A stretch of 59,982 nucleotides of DNA, counting the filler, from Sphacelaria rigidula (Eukaryota): the NCBI GenBank assembly GCA_964200075.2. It is 10 parts of 10 records of this genome, joined end to end, with 100 filler letters (N's around TTAATTAATTAA, not from the genome) between each part and the next. Parts side by side here need not be neighbours in the genome. Positions count along the whole stretch, not along the records: positions 24,035 to 29,942 come from CAXNAA020023572.1; positions 30,043 to 35,950 come from CAXNAA020023573.1; positions 36,051 to 41,958 come from CAXNAA020023574.1; 7 more parts are not named here. One strand, written 5' to 3'. A model generated the notes under the pieces. The model did no database searches, was not told the DNA's origin, and was given only the letters and a program-made list of their open reading frames with translations. Position 1 is the first letter of the stretch. Each line of letters opens with the position of its first letter. Below, piece after piece: positions 25,975 to 36,526 of the stretch. Both the position numbers and the translations under genes were made by a program.

Positions 25975-26129
25975 GTGGTGAACTAAAGAAGCTGAACAAA
26001 GCCGGAGGGAAAAAGCGGTGGTCTTCAACAGTTGATATCAATGACGCATCAAGAGCGTACTGGCTCAACACTACACTGGTCCTGGAATATGACATCAGTG
26101 CTAATCTTATCTTCGACACAAAGTCGTGA
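25975..26129 (+). CDS. Candidate terminal exon of a gene convergent with the GNAT gene
   Basis: Long pyrimidine tract + tcag| acceptor, then GELKKLNKAGGKKRWSSTVDINDASRAYWLNTTLVLEYDISANLIFDTKS*. No upstream exon confirmed. Confidence 0.3.
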
Positions 26130-26139
26130 CAAACAAATA

Positions 26140-29100
26140 TCAGGGAATTCTCTTCGTCAAGAGCTGGAACTTGACATCAAGTCCCTCCTTTATAAGATCG
26201 GGTACGGGAAAAGGAATTTGGCGACTTGGAACGTAACCCTGATCCTGATACCATTTCAGCAATTGTGACCTCACTATGGAAATTTCCATAACGTAGTCTC
26301 TGCCCAGCTCCTCCCGACACCTCCGCTCTGCCAGAATACCGTTTTGTTGTCGCCATTCACATGTCGAGTGCGTGTAGAGAGGAGAAGCAGGGCGATGACA
26401 ACGAAAGGGCCGAATTACGTTGTATCATACTCCGAGTGTTCCAACGTGCGAGCCATGCGTGCGGCGCAATAAGTGCCAGTCCAACACATTCAAAAAAGGG
26501 AAAAATAGTCCAGTGGGTGCTACGAGTACAGTAAACGTGCACTCTTTGATTTTGTAATCGCCCTTTAAATACAAAGGGCTTTGATCGAGCGCTTGGCTGC
26601 AACCTTACCCGCTTCCAGTATAGAGCTACACATCTCAATGTCAATCTCTGGTGGCTCGATAAAAAATAATGTGATATCAAAATTGACGTTGTATATATCT
26701 GCTTCCCAGTCAAGAGGGGTATATCTTCACATGGAGATTGAACATGTTGTTGTCATCTGAGATAAATGGGTCACCCGAATAAGTTAACGAAATGAGCAGG
26801 AATTTTCGATCAGGTAATTCCCATGAGAACCGAGAACATGAATCACGTACCCTTTGACCGCCAGGGAGCATAACCTGCTGAATGCGCATCGTGTTCACTC
26901 TCAAATGACTAAAATACCCTGTAGTGTTTCACCTGCCGACGCTACGAGAAGCTGCCCAATCCCTCGTCGTGTGTGCTCCGGCTTGACGCTCAGCATGCCG
27001 AATATCGCGTCCACCTCCGGCACCTTGCGGCCGCAGTTGGCCGTCCCCGACCAGTTAATATGCACGCAACCCAAGACTTCTTTACATTCAGAGCTACCAC
27101 TGTCGTGAGCACCGGCGGGTTCATTGTCATGCGCTGTACGTACTTCCTCTGCCACCAAGAAGGCGCAGCAAGGCTTCTTTATCAAGTCCTCAACTGCGAA
27201 CACCGATCGGCAGGGGTACGAGGAAAATTGCAAGGTGGTATGTTAGTACGGAGACAAGTTGTCATTTTCCACGTAATGGAACACAAAAGCACACAGTGTC
27301 CTTGACAAGGTGGAGTGGGGGGGCGGGTGTCTTCCACTCACCCGTGATTTTCCCGCACAAAGTACCACAGTGACTTCACCAACTCCTCTCTCAGGACAAC
27401 GTGATTCAAACCGTGGTTCGCTTCACGTCTTGTACGAGTACTCAATCCTCGCCTTGTATAATGCGGTCGGCTGCTCGTCTTTTGCATGATCACGACAGAG
27501 ACCGTGCCCTCCCGAGTGGAGGAAGGAAAATGTTGTCGGCAGCACCATCCCCCATCGCGTTTCGAAGACGCACGATAGTACTGACCAATAGGTTGGTGCC
27601 GTGTTGGTGATTCTCATATGATGATGCTAGGGTTGCTGCTAGAGCTGCCGCCGCCCAAGCAATGTAAACGGTACTACCCTCAGAGCTGGAAACACGGGGG
27701 GATCGGGTGAGATGGCGGGTTGGGAGTGCAATAGCCAAGAATTTCGAAGGCCCCAAAACATGCCACAGTGCAGTGTAGGAGCAATGACTGCGTATGCTAT
27801 GTTTCAGCCACAACGATTGACAATGGAATCTTGTTTGCTGCTTCGTTTGTGTAAACGGGAGGTTCTTGGTCGACAGGGTGGCCTCGTCGCCAGTCCACCA
27901 GAGAAGAAACACTATCGAACACATCGACTGATGAGCGCGTGTATAATCCAACCACTCCGCGGATAACGGAGTAACTAGACATCGAATAAGTGGATCCGGC
28001 GTCGGGCATCGTACAACTCGAGTCAGACTCGCTTCATCTTTTGCCAGCAATACGTATGATCAAGGCAGGATCGCTGTCATGTTACATTTTAGCCAATGAC
28101 GCGTCTGATCCGAGTCAGACTCATGAGTGCCCAGTCAGACTCACCCTAGTTTTCCCGAACGAGTCGTGTGACTCGAACTACACCCGCCCTCAAATCGTGA
28201 CATGACCCGTTGAGTCGGGTCCGTCAAGATCGATCATTGTGCCTATTGATCGACGTCTCGCATGTTGCGGCACGTGCGTGTCCGATTTTCTGAGCCTAGT
28301 TAACCAAGTAAATATCAACCATGGGCATTTGTAGCACAACCCCGGTTAACCCTTAGACCGCGAGGTGAGTCTTCTGTTGAATCGGCATCAATTTCGAGTG
28401 AAAAAAAGTATGCATGATCCAGAAAGACTAATCTTGCGGTCTAAGGGTTAACTCTACTGGATTTTCTCGGCACTTCCACGAATGTCCGATGGCACGATAC
28501 TTGTTTCTAGTCGGTTTTTGAGGGCTTCCCGCAGAACCTGGTTTGCAGCAAAGATGAACAGTATATTTATTATCCTCGGCTGCTTGAGCACGAAGTTGTG
28601 CTGCAAGCACCCACTCCCCACCGTGGAGGTGCGAGAAAATGATTGCTTCTGGAGTTTCGTCAACCATGGAATGCCCCTTCCACTATTGCTGTTGTCTGTG
28701 CGTCACGGTGCATAACACCCCGTTGTGAAAATGTGTTCAACCAAACTTGATTCTTCTCGAGCCGAGTGGTGAAACCTCTGTACCTTTACCTTTGGTTGCT
28801 CAAGTTCTTCACCGAATTAAGTTGACGATATTTTCTCCAATGCACAAAAGATTCGGCAGCAGATAGCAACCGTAGCCTTCCATCGACCACCATGCTTGAA
28901 GAACAGGGGAAACAGCTGCGGGGCAACACAATATACCTCGGTGATGGATCTGGGGATCAGCGAATACATGTTGATGATTATGGCAGAGATCACACCTTGC
29001 TTCCCGTCGGCCGTAACCCGATCCGCACAGCCATCTTTCTTCAAGAACGCGCAAACTTGGAAGGCGTCATTGATGATCGCGGTGAGGTGTTTCGCTTCGC

Positions 29101-29257
29101 TCAGCCTTGCGGTCCTGATAATCACGTTCCGGCTCAAAGGGTCGTCATTGCTGACGAGGCCATTTCCGGCGTTGCTACATGCACCTGTAACAGCACGCTT
29201 TAGTGGTGGTGGTGGTGATGTTGATGGTGGTGGTACGCCAGCAGCTGCGGTCATCAT
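26140..29257 (-). CDS. GNAT-family N-acetyltransferase, complete, 3 exons (29257-28996, 27193-26933, 26327-26140; 236 aa)
   Basis: GT-AG introns with matching phases (1/1). The spliced frame is 711 nt and ends in TGA. Motifs: IRTARLSEAKHLTAIINDAF; FLVAEE; FGMLSVKPEHTRRGIGQLLVASAE (acetyl-CoA motif A, RxxGxG); MEISIVRSQLLKWYQDQGY. An upstream in-frame ATG at 29329 is an alternative start. Confidence 0.9.
28350..28447. mobile_element. piggyBac-type MITE (98 bp) in GNAT intron 1
   Basis: TTAA|CCCTTAGACCGCGAG ... CTTGCGGTCTAAGGG|TTAA. Confidence 0.88.
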
Positions 29258-29942
29258 GTTGATCTTCCCACCAGAGCTGCTATTTCCTAGCGCAGCCGCT
29301 AAACACACTTCCGCTGCCAGTAATCGCATGTGGGAAATACATAGGCAGACGGCAGAGTGTACCGGTAGAGTGCAGGACGAAACACACCCAATTTATATCA
29401 TACGTAATTGAACCGGAGTCAGATATGTATTCGTCGTTGTCCAAAATGCTTGGACGGATTTTACTCCGAATTTTGATTCTGTGGTGGATACACGTCCGTC
29501 AGCTACTCAAGCTCCATCCACTCCGGGGAGCTCGTTAAGATTGCACTGTTCGGACATTTGTCGTCTGGGCCTAGTCTGGGCTTAATTTCTTTTCGCTCGC
29601 TTGCTACAGCCCAGGGCAGTTGCTGCTGTGGAGCTTGAAGAAAGATGTGCACCCAAGCATCTGTCGAATATTTCCCCCCAAACAGAGTATTGAGAACTAA
29701 TGGGGTTGAACTTGGTTGAACATGAAAATGAGGTTCAACCCCGGAGTCATGCTATCCAAAACAGCGCTCTCCCTGACCTCAAATCGTTATGAACAACTTT
29801 CATATGGACGACACCATCCCTCCTGACCTCCCCGAGACTAATTTATTGGGGGTTTTCCGTCTTCCGTTTCTCCAAAGAACAGCCGATTTTCGAAAATGGG
29901 GTTGAAAAACAAAATGAGGTTCAACTCAAGAGCCGTGCTTTC

Positions 29943-30042
29943 NNNNNNNNNNNNNNNNNNNNNNNNNNNNNNNNNNNNNNNNNNNNTTAATTAATTAANN
30001 NNNNNNNNNNNNNNNNNNNNNNNNNNNNNNNNNNNNNNNNNN
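29943..30042. other. Artificial contig-joining spacer
   Basis: N44-TTAATTAATTAA-N44. Confidence 0.98.
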
Positions 30043-30106
30043 TACGTAGTGAGTGGCGTGTTTTATAGCGTCATCGCCAACCGACGCCAACCCCATCGGG
30101 GGTCCG
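30043..30106 (-). mobile_element. Family B SINE-like element, 5' head (cut by contig start)
   Basis: Reverse complement is ggacccccgatggggttggcgtcggttggcgatgacgctataaaacacgccactcac. Confidence 0.8.
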
Positions 30107-30619
30107 GGGGGGGATCGAAGGATTGTTTTTTATTTTTGCAAGTATTCACATAAACAGGACGACATGAGCACCCCCCTTGGATTGGCGTCGGGGATAGGGA
30201 TGGCGTTAGCCTTAGCCCTAGCCTTAAGGCTAGCGCTTGCCACCATCAAAGTGCGCTCAACTATTATGTTTCGGAGCTGAGCTGGGGTGAGTTCGCCTCC
30301 TTTTTTCCATGTGCGTAGCCTGAGGGAGCCCGGTTCCGGTTTCTCAGGCACCATAGCCCATAAATTGGGCTCCTGAATTTGTCAAAATCAGTTCGGAGAG
30401 GAGGCTAAGAGCCATACCCTTACTCCGAAAAAGGCGCGCACTTGGGAGCAGGGAAGGGGGGGGGGGGGGGGGGTATGGTGCCTGATAACCGATATGTGAA
30501 TCCCCTTGCGTGAGATGGGTTGATCCCTTGAGGCCAAGGATTCGTCCGAGGGAGGGGACGGGTGGAAAGTGTAGGACAAGAAGACCAAGAAGACCACTAC
30601 AGGCTGTTTCAGGCATATC

Positions 30620-32115
30620 ACCCAAAAAAACTCATCGGCAAAACCTCACGCCGTTTTAAGGAGTTAGACCCTGAACTTTTGCACAGATTCTATGGGGCAA
30701 TACGCAACTTTCGAAGGTCGAGGTTTTACGAATTTTAGACTTTTTTCACCGTTTTTCGGGGGTCTCATTTTTTCTGGGAAATATCGGTCCAATCGGACCC
30801 CCGTAAAACGGTAAAGAAGGAAAAAATCGAAAAACCTCGTTTGTCCAAAGTTGCGTAATGACCCATAGCACGGTTGTGCAAAATTTCAGGGACTAACTCC
30901 TTAAAATGGCGTGAGGGTTTTCGCTTTTGTGCGATGAACTCTGACGTGTCGCGGTAAAACCGCAAACTACTTGATTTTAGTATGAAAACGGCGTTTTTGG
31001 GCCTTCTTTGACGAGAACATGAAAATTCAAGCATCAGTTGATCGACTTTTGCGACAAAAAATTGTGGGACCCTTTCTCGGGTTATGCGGGGACAGCTCGC
31101 TCACGAAAAAATGAAAAAAGTATCGTCGTGCCGGTTTTCCCGGGTCCCAGAATGGAGACTTCTTCGAAAAACGACTTGGACCCCCGTCGGACCCCCGAAA
31201 AACGGTGAAAAAATTAAGAAGTGGAAAAAATTATCCATTAAGAGTTGCGTAATGATACATAGCACATTTTTGCAAAGTTGCAGGATCTAACTCTCAAAAA
31301 TGGCGTGAAAGTTTGCGCGTTTGTGGAGGACGTGGGCTTGAAACGTGCAACTCCTAACTACTTGGGTTTAGTACGGAAACGTCTTTTGAGGTGAACTTTA
31401 CGTCAAGGCAAGAAAAACTGTAAGAGACTTTCGAGGTTCTGCACCAAACTTTGAACATGTATTCCTTGGACGATCCCAGGACGCATCATTTAATTAATCT
31501 TCTTTCAGGGCATTCTGTACCGCCTTCCGGGGGTCTTCATACTGGGACCCTCGAAAGCCGGTAGTGAACGGAGAAAACATGAAATATTGCCAACAATACC
31601 ATTTTTCCACATGGAGCATCAATACCTACGTAACTGCCAAGTTTGAGGGCGATCTGAGCTTTTCTACAACAGATATAGACGACACCGTCAAGAGGCTCCC
31701 TGGGTCTTTCGTGCGTATCATCAGTGAAAATTAGACGACGCCAACACCCGATATCACCGAAACATCCATACCCTGGACAATAGAATACACGGTCAAAAAA
31801 TGTACTGCGTACAGTATGGAATCTAGTGTATGTATGCAATAGACAATAGATTCCATACTGTACGCAGTACATTTTTTGACCGTGTATTCTATTGTCCAGG
31901 GTATGGAAACATCACGGTTTCGGGTATAATTCGACCCCGTAGCAATCGTTTTCAGATATGTTTTTTCCGTTAGATTCCCGAGCCGATGACGGTTACTACG
32001 ATTTGAAGCATGTGGAGATCGGGTGAAAATGGGGCTTGGAATTCGTAATTTCGATCTCGGAACAATTCGACGGGTGCTGATTGGTCGATATACCTTTTCG
32101 CGCTTAGCGCCACCA
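30620..32115. repeat. Family E long non-coding interspersed repeat
   Basis: Collinear similarity to ~49070-50770 (e.g. ggggtcttca.actgggaccc.cgaaagccgg; ccaa.tttgagggcgatc; ctgattggtcga). Internal inverted repeat at ~30643-30918. Ends are approximate. Confidence 0.72.
31767..31905. mobile_element. 139-bp foldback MITE, perfect 59-bp TIRs, 8-bp TSD GAAACATC (hAT or P type)
   Basis: TSD at 31759-31766 and 31906-31913; arms are exact reverse complements; the homologous host site near 50545-50565 is empty. Confidence 0.92.
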
Positions 32116-32897
32116 CCATGGCCTTACACTAAAATCCGGCTATGTCACGCTCTTCAGCTGTCCATGGCAGTCAGTATGATATCATGTATGCGACTATTGG
32201 GTAGGTATTGCGGAAGGCATTTGCTGGTGACACAATTTTGGGTGATGAGCATGAATCAGCCTGTACGCACCCGGTGGTTTGTTTTGAACTGTGCTCTGCC
32301 TTGACCGTTTATTTATCCAACCTATGTCTAAATTAGAGTCCTTCGGACGACTAACTACCGCACTTTATTGCCATCATCGTCTCATATCCCTCCCCGAAAA
32401 CATTGACCCAAGAAGCGACCACTGTCGTCCATTTACTGGTGCAAGTCAGTGCTCGATCAGTAGAGTGATATAATGTGGAGATCTACTTGGAGGTATTCAT
32501 CATATCTCACGATAGTTCGACGGTAGAAGAGAGTAGTTATGTCACAAAAATCCGTAGCGAAAGGACGAGAGGTCGGGTTCCTTTCGTGAGAGGGAGACAA
32601 AGCGTGAAGCTGCAACCTATCGTGTTATGTGGGTTGTGGACAGAACCGACAGACGTGGGCGGAGCAACCCGACCCCAGCCCACAGGGGTTTGTGACTGCA
32701 TCCACGTCAGCTGGCCTCGGACCAATCAAATTCGGTCACGTCCCACGTTAGCATGACACATGTCATGCAGAGCGAACATGTGTAGGGAGGTACGGCGGAA
32801 CATGAGGATAGGTGGTATTTACGAAGAAGGGTATTTTCTCATTGTAGAGTTAGTTTGATAGTAGCCGGAAAAATGGTTCGGATCTGGGGTGAATATT

Positions 32898-33265
32898 ACA
32901 ATCCCTCTCGGCTGCGCCCCGGTCCCGTCCGTCTTTTTCGAGGGTCTCGGTATTCTTGCCCTGCCAAGCCCTCGTGAGAATAGATCCTCTCTCGAAATGT
33001 TCATTCCCGCCGGAAACATTGCAGGACCATTGCGATCGCGCGTCCGTTTGAACGGTCGCGAACGCATGTGTACCCCCGCATAAAGTAAAGTACGCACCTG
33101 CTCACCGGGCCCCTAGCATTAGCACTGATCCGAACAGTCATCTCCCGGGGCGGTTGCGGAGGAACTTGCACACTAAAATCAGCATTGAATCTCGTGGACG
33201 CCTCGTTACGAAGTATGCTTGACGCTCGTGAGTTCGAAATATTCTATATATATATATACTATAGG
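32898..33265 (-). mobile_element. Family F interspersed repeat (~365 bp), possibly non-autonomous Helitron
   Basis: High similarity to 43738-44108; no TIRs or TSD seen. Confidence 0.6.
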
Positions 33266-33765
33266 TGAAGGAAGAGGAGGGGGTTCCGCAGAAAAAACAA
33301 GAAAAGAAGAAAATATACACGATTCCCTGCCGATTTTTCACGTGTCCCCATGCCAACATTCAATTTATATCCATGGATCTTGTACTTGTGTGTGTGTTTT
33401 GCTGTTGTAAACCGCCCGCGTATTCTGATGCTCATTGACTTCTTGTCATGCCCCCATGTTGTCGTTGTCATGATCCAAAATTTGTTGCCGCTGCTGCTGC
33501 TGTCGTCGCTGTCTGTGCAGGAAGCTCGTTAATCTTTTGCTCCGGGTGGTTGGAGTGTCCATGTGCGCATTTTATCTGAGACATATTCACAACATGTGGT
33601 TTGTCAAGTTTGACTACGGCTACAACATGAAGGTGTGCGTGCGCGAGTGTTTGTACAAGTCATATTTCAATATTTTTTAATATACCTTTGGCTAGGGCGG
33701 GTACAGGAGGGGCAGGGGGGGGGGGGATTATCCCTCCCTCTCCCCCCAAGAGACTGAAGGGGCGA

Positions 33766-33980
33766 GACCAGAAAATGAAGCAACTCATTGGAGGCTGTCA
33801 TCTAAATGCAAGATGATCAGTAGGCTTCAGGCCGAACAATCTTAGCAGGATGCAGCTCACCATGCGACTCGCCGAACACACCACGGCGCTTCGCGCTTGA
33901 TGGGTGATCCGTTCCGGCCTTGTAGAGGTGCAAAGTCAATGTCCTTATGACTACGACATGCAATATCATGACCACACCCC
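33766..33980 (+). mobile_element. Family B SINE-like element, 5'-truncated with internal deletions
   Basis: accagaaaatgaagcaactcattggaggctgtcat...atgactacgacatgcaatatcatgaccacacccc. Confidence 0.78.
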
Positions 33981-35864
33981 AAGAAACTGATACCAATCCT
34001 GCTTCGTTTCATTACTGCGGTGCCCACCTACCCATAATCCTGTGACGGATATTTCTATCATGGGGGGGAGCAAGAAGACAGTCCGCAGTGCTAGACTCTG
34101 CCTCCGCATGCAGCCTAAAATGCTACAGTACTGGTGGAGAACATGCGCCGTGAGAACTGAAATCGGACTGAAAATAGAAACAAAGCGCCTACAGACGCTA
34201 TGAAAAGCATGCTGGGGCGGGGTCTACATTCTGTGTACTGAAACATATGTATATATATATATATATATATTTATCAACCTTGAACACTGGTCTCGTCACT
34301 GCCTGCAGAGCCAGCCAACTGCTGTTGAAGGCCCAGGCTCGATCCTTTTTCTTGTGCTGGTGTCAGCCAAATGTGAGCAATATCTTGATTTTTTATTTGA
34401 TTTTGATTGTCGCACTTGAACTGACCCCCCCAGGGGTCCAGCCGTGGTCTCACGGTAGACGTACCCAAGAAAAACGAAACTCAAACACGCTCTAAGAAAA
34501 AGCAAATTGGACAGTATGTATGTAGGTATGTATGTATATATAGTATGATACTTCGATCGGACCTTCGCCACAAAACGAGAAGCGGCAGCGTTGAAAGCCG
34601 CCTCCGCTGACACAACAACAGCCACAGCTCGCAAGGTAGAGATGAATGGGGAAAGCGGGGGTACCACGGAAACTGATGTACCCCCCTTGACTTTCATGAT
34701 GGGTTGTTGACGTTTCCTGGTTTATGGTCTTGTGGTGTTTCTGGTTGTTCTCCTGCACATGTACTTTTATTGTCCGCGGGTTTCAGTGCTTCCGTCTTTT
34801 CTTCTGTTCCATCATTTTCTCTGTCTCTGTCCTTCTGTGTTTCTGTCTGTCTCTTTATGTTTCTCTTTGTGTCTCTCTCCCTTTTCTCTCAGCGTTACAC
34901 ACCAGCAGTTCGGTGTCTCGCTTCCGTAGGGCTCATGATTGAGAGTCTAAGGCCAAATAGAGTGATCCGAAATAGCTGAGCGGCAGTGTGCTCCCACGCC
35001 TCCATTGTTTAACCTTGTGTATTGGTGCATGTGTTTTTTGCGCATGACCTCTTTTCACTTGAGGCCATGCTCCAGGGGCCGACCATGTCTAGCTGTATTT
35101 CTGAACTTATTCATCCGTTTGGTTCATTCATCTGTTAGTTTATTGATTCATAGGGACCGTTTCTTTCGCAAGCGTGTCCGTTTTTGTTTACATTGTGACC
35201 ACCGCTGGATCCCTCGGCGATGAGTCAACATACAATGTGTTCGACGATCAAGCTACCAACATACAATAGATCCCCGCCAGTGGTCGCACTTCAACTGACC
35301 CCCAGGGGTCCAGCCGTGGTCGCATGATGGACGTAGCCAAGAGAAGCAAAACCGAAACATTCGCTGAAAAAAAGAAGGAGCAGAAAAAAGTAGAAGATAA
35401 CGACCATGACGGTGGGAGAGTATGTTTTCGACGTCCGGTAGCTGCAACTCGAGTTTTTTTCGCTAAAAAAAGAATATCAAATTTCCGTACAGTAGCAAAA
35501 AATAGTTCACTTGACAATAGCCCACGCCGTGCGGGAGTGCTGACTCGATCCGCGAATCCCAAATGTAAGGCGTGTACTTCTGCAGGGGGGGGGAATATGG
35601 CTTGGTCCCTTGCGACCGCCAGGTCGTCCCGAGGAAGAAGGGTTGAAGATGTGCCAACAAAAAAAAAGAAATGGAGAAAAAAACAGGTGCCGCCGCGCCC
35701 CGGTGGTGACAATTAAAAAAGGTGCACCAGTAGCCGGACAGGGTGGAAGGGTTTGGGTTAGGAGTCCCCGATGGGTAGGCCGATAGGGTGGTCTTTTTGA
35801 CAGATAAATGTTGTCGTTGTCCTGTGGAAGCGCGAGGATACGAGTAGCGATAGACAGAGAAGAA

Positions 35865-35950
35865 GTCATCCTACGATAGGGGGGAGGGTGTACTCATGAT
35901 CATGCATGCCATAGTCATGAGAACATTGACCTCGCATCCCTACAAAGCCG
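35865..35950 (-). mobile_element. Family B tail inserted in the G-run of a family C MITE terminus
   Basis: agtcatcctacgataggggggaggg followed directly by tgtactcatgatcatgcatgccatagtc. Confidence 0.8.
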
Positions 35951-36050
35951 NNNNNNNNNNNNNNNNNNNNNNNNNNNNNNNNNNNNNNNNNNNNTTAATT
36001 AATTAANNNNNNNNNNNNNNNNNNNNNNNNNNNNNNNNNNNNNNNNNNNN
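35951..36050. other. Artificial contig-joining spacer
   Basis: N44-TTAATTAATTAA-N44. Confidence 0.98.
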
Positions 36051-36195
36051 CTTGAGCTGAAATTTCAGGAAGACCTTCTGCACCCAAGGAACGGATACGT
36101 CACGTGTCCAGCTGTAGATTCTCATTTTTTTCCTGGACTCACGACATTATCTTGTTTTTGCCGAAAGTTTAAATGCCTATAACTTCTTTTTTTTC
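36051..36195. repeat. Interspersed repeat, also at 54190-54335 (inverted)
   Basis: cttgagctgaaatttca.gaagaccttctgcacccaagg shared. Confidence 0.75.
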
Positions 36196-36526
36196 CCTCT
36201 TTTTCTTTGCTGGTCAAGCGATCTTCTGCATTTTGATCACTGAAAGCTGCTGTCAAAATTTCAGCGTCAAACTCCTAACATCGCGCCGTGCATCGCCTGA
36301 GCGAGGTTCACACCTGCTCCTGGCTGGCCCAGCTCGTATCTAGATTTTCCGTTTTGTACTCATACTTCTTGTGCTTGTTAGACGGGCTGAGGTGCGTGCA
36401 TATGCCCTCTGCTAGACTACATCCCTTCGGACGAGGCGCGATAACGTGTTCGCACTTGATGTAATCAATTCGCCCCCCGATCCCTCCCGCCATTTCACCC
36501 CGCCTTGTGCGTCGCATCCCCCTCAG

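Noticed and set aside
28015..28225. Repeated GAGTCAGACTC palindromic motif
   Set aside because: It is probably subterminal repeats of a decayed MITE, with a single occurrence and no clear ends.
34280..35825. Several AG/GT-bounded candidate exons on the minus strand
   Set aside because: The phases did not chain into a stop-free model and no protein family was recognised.
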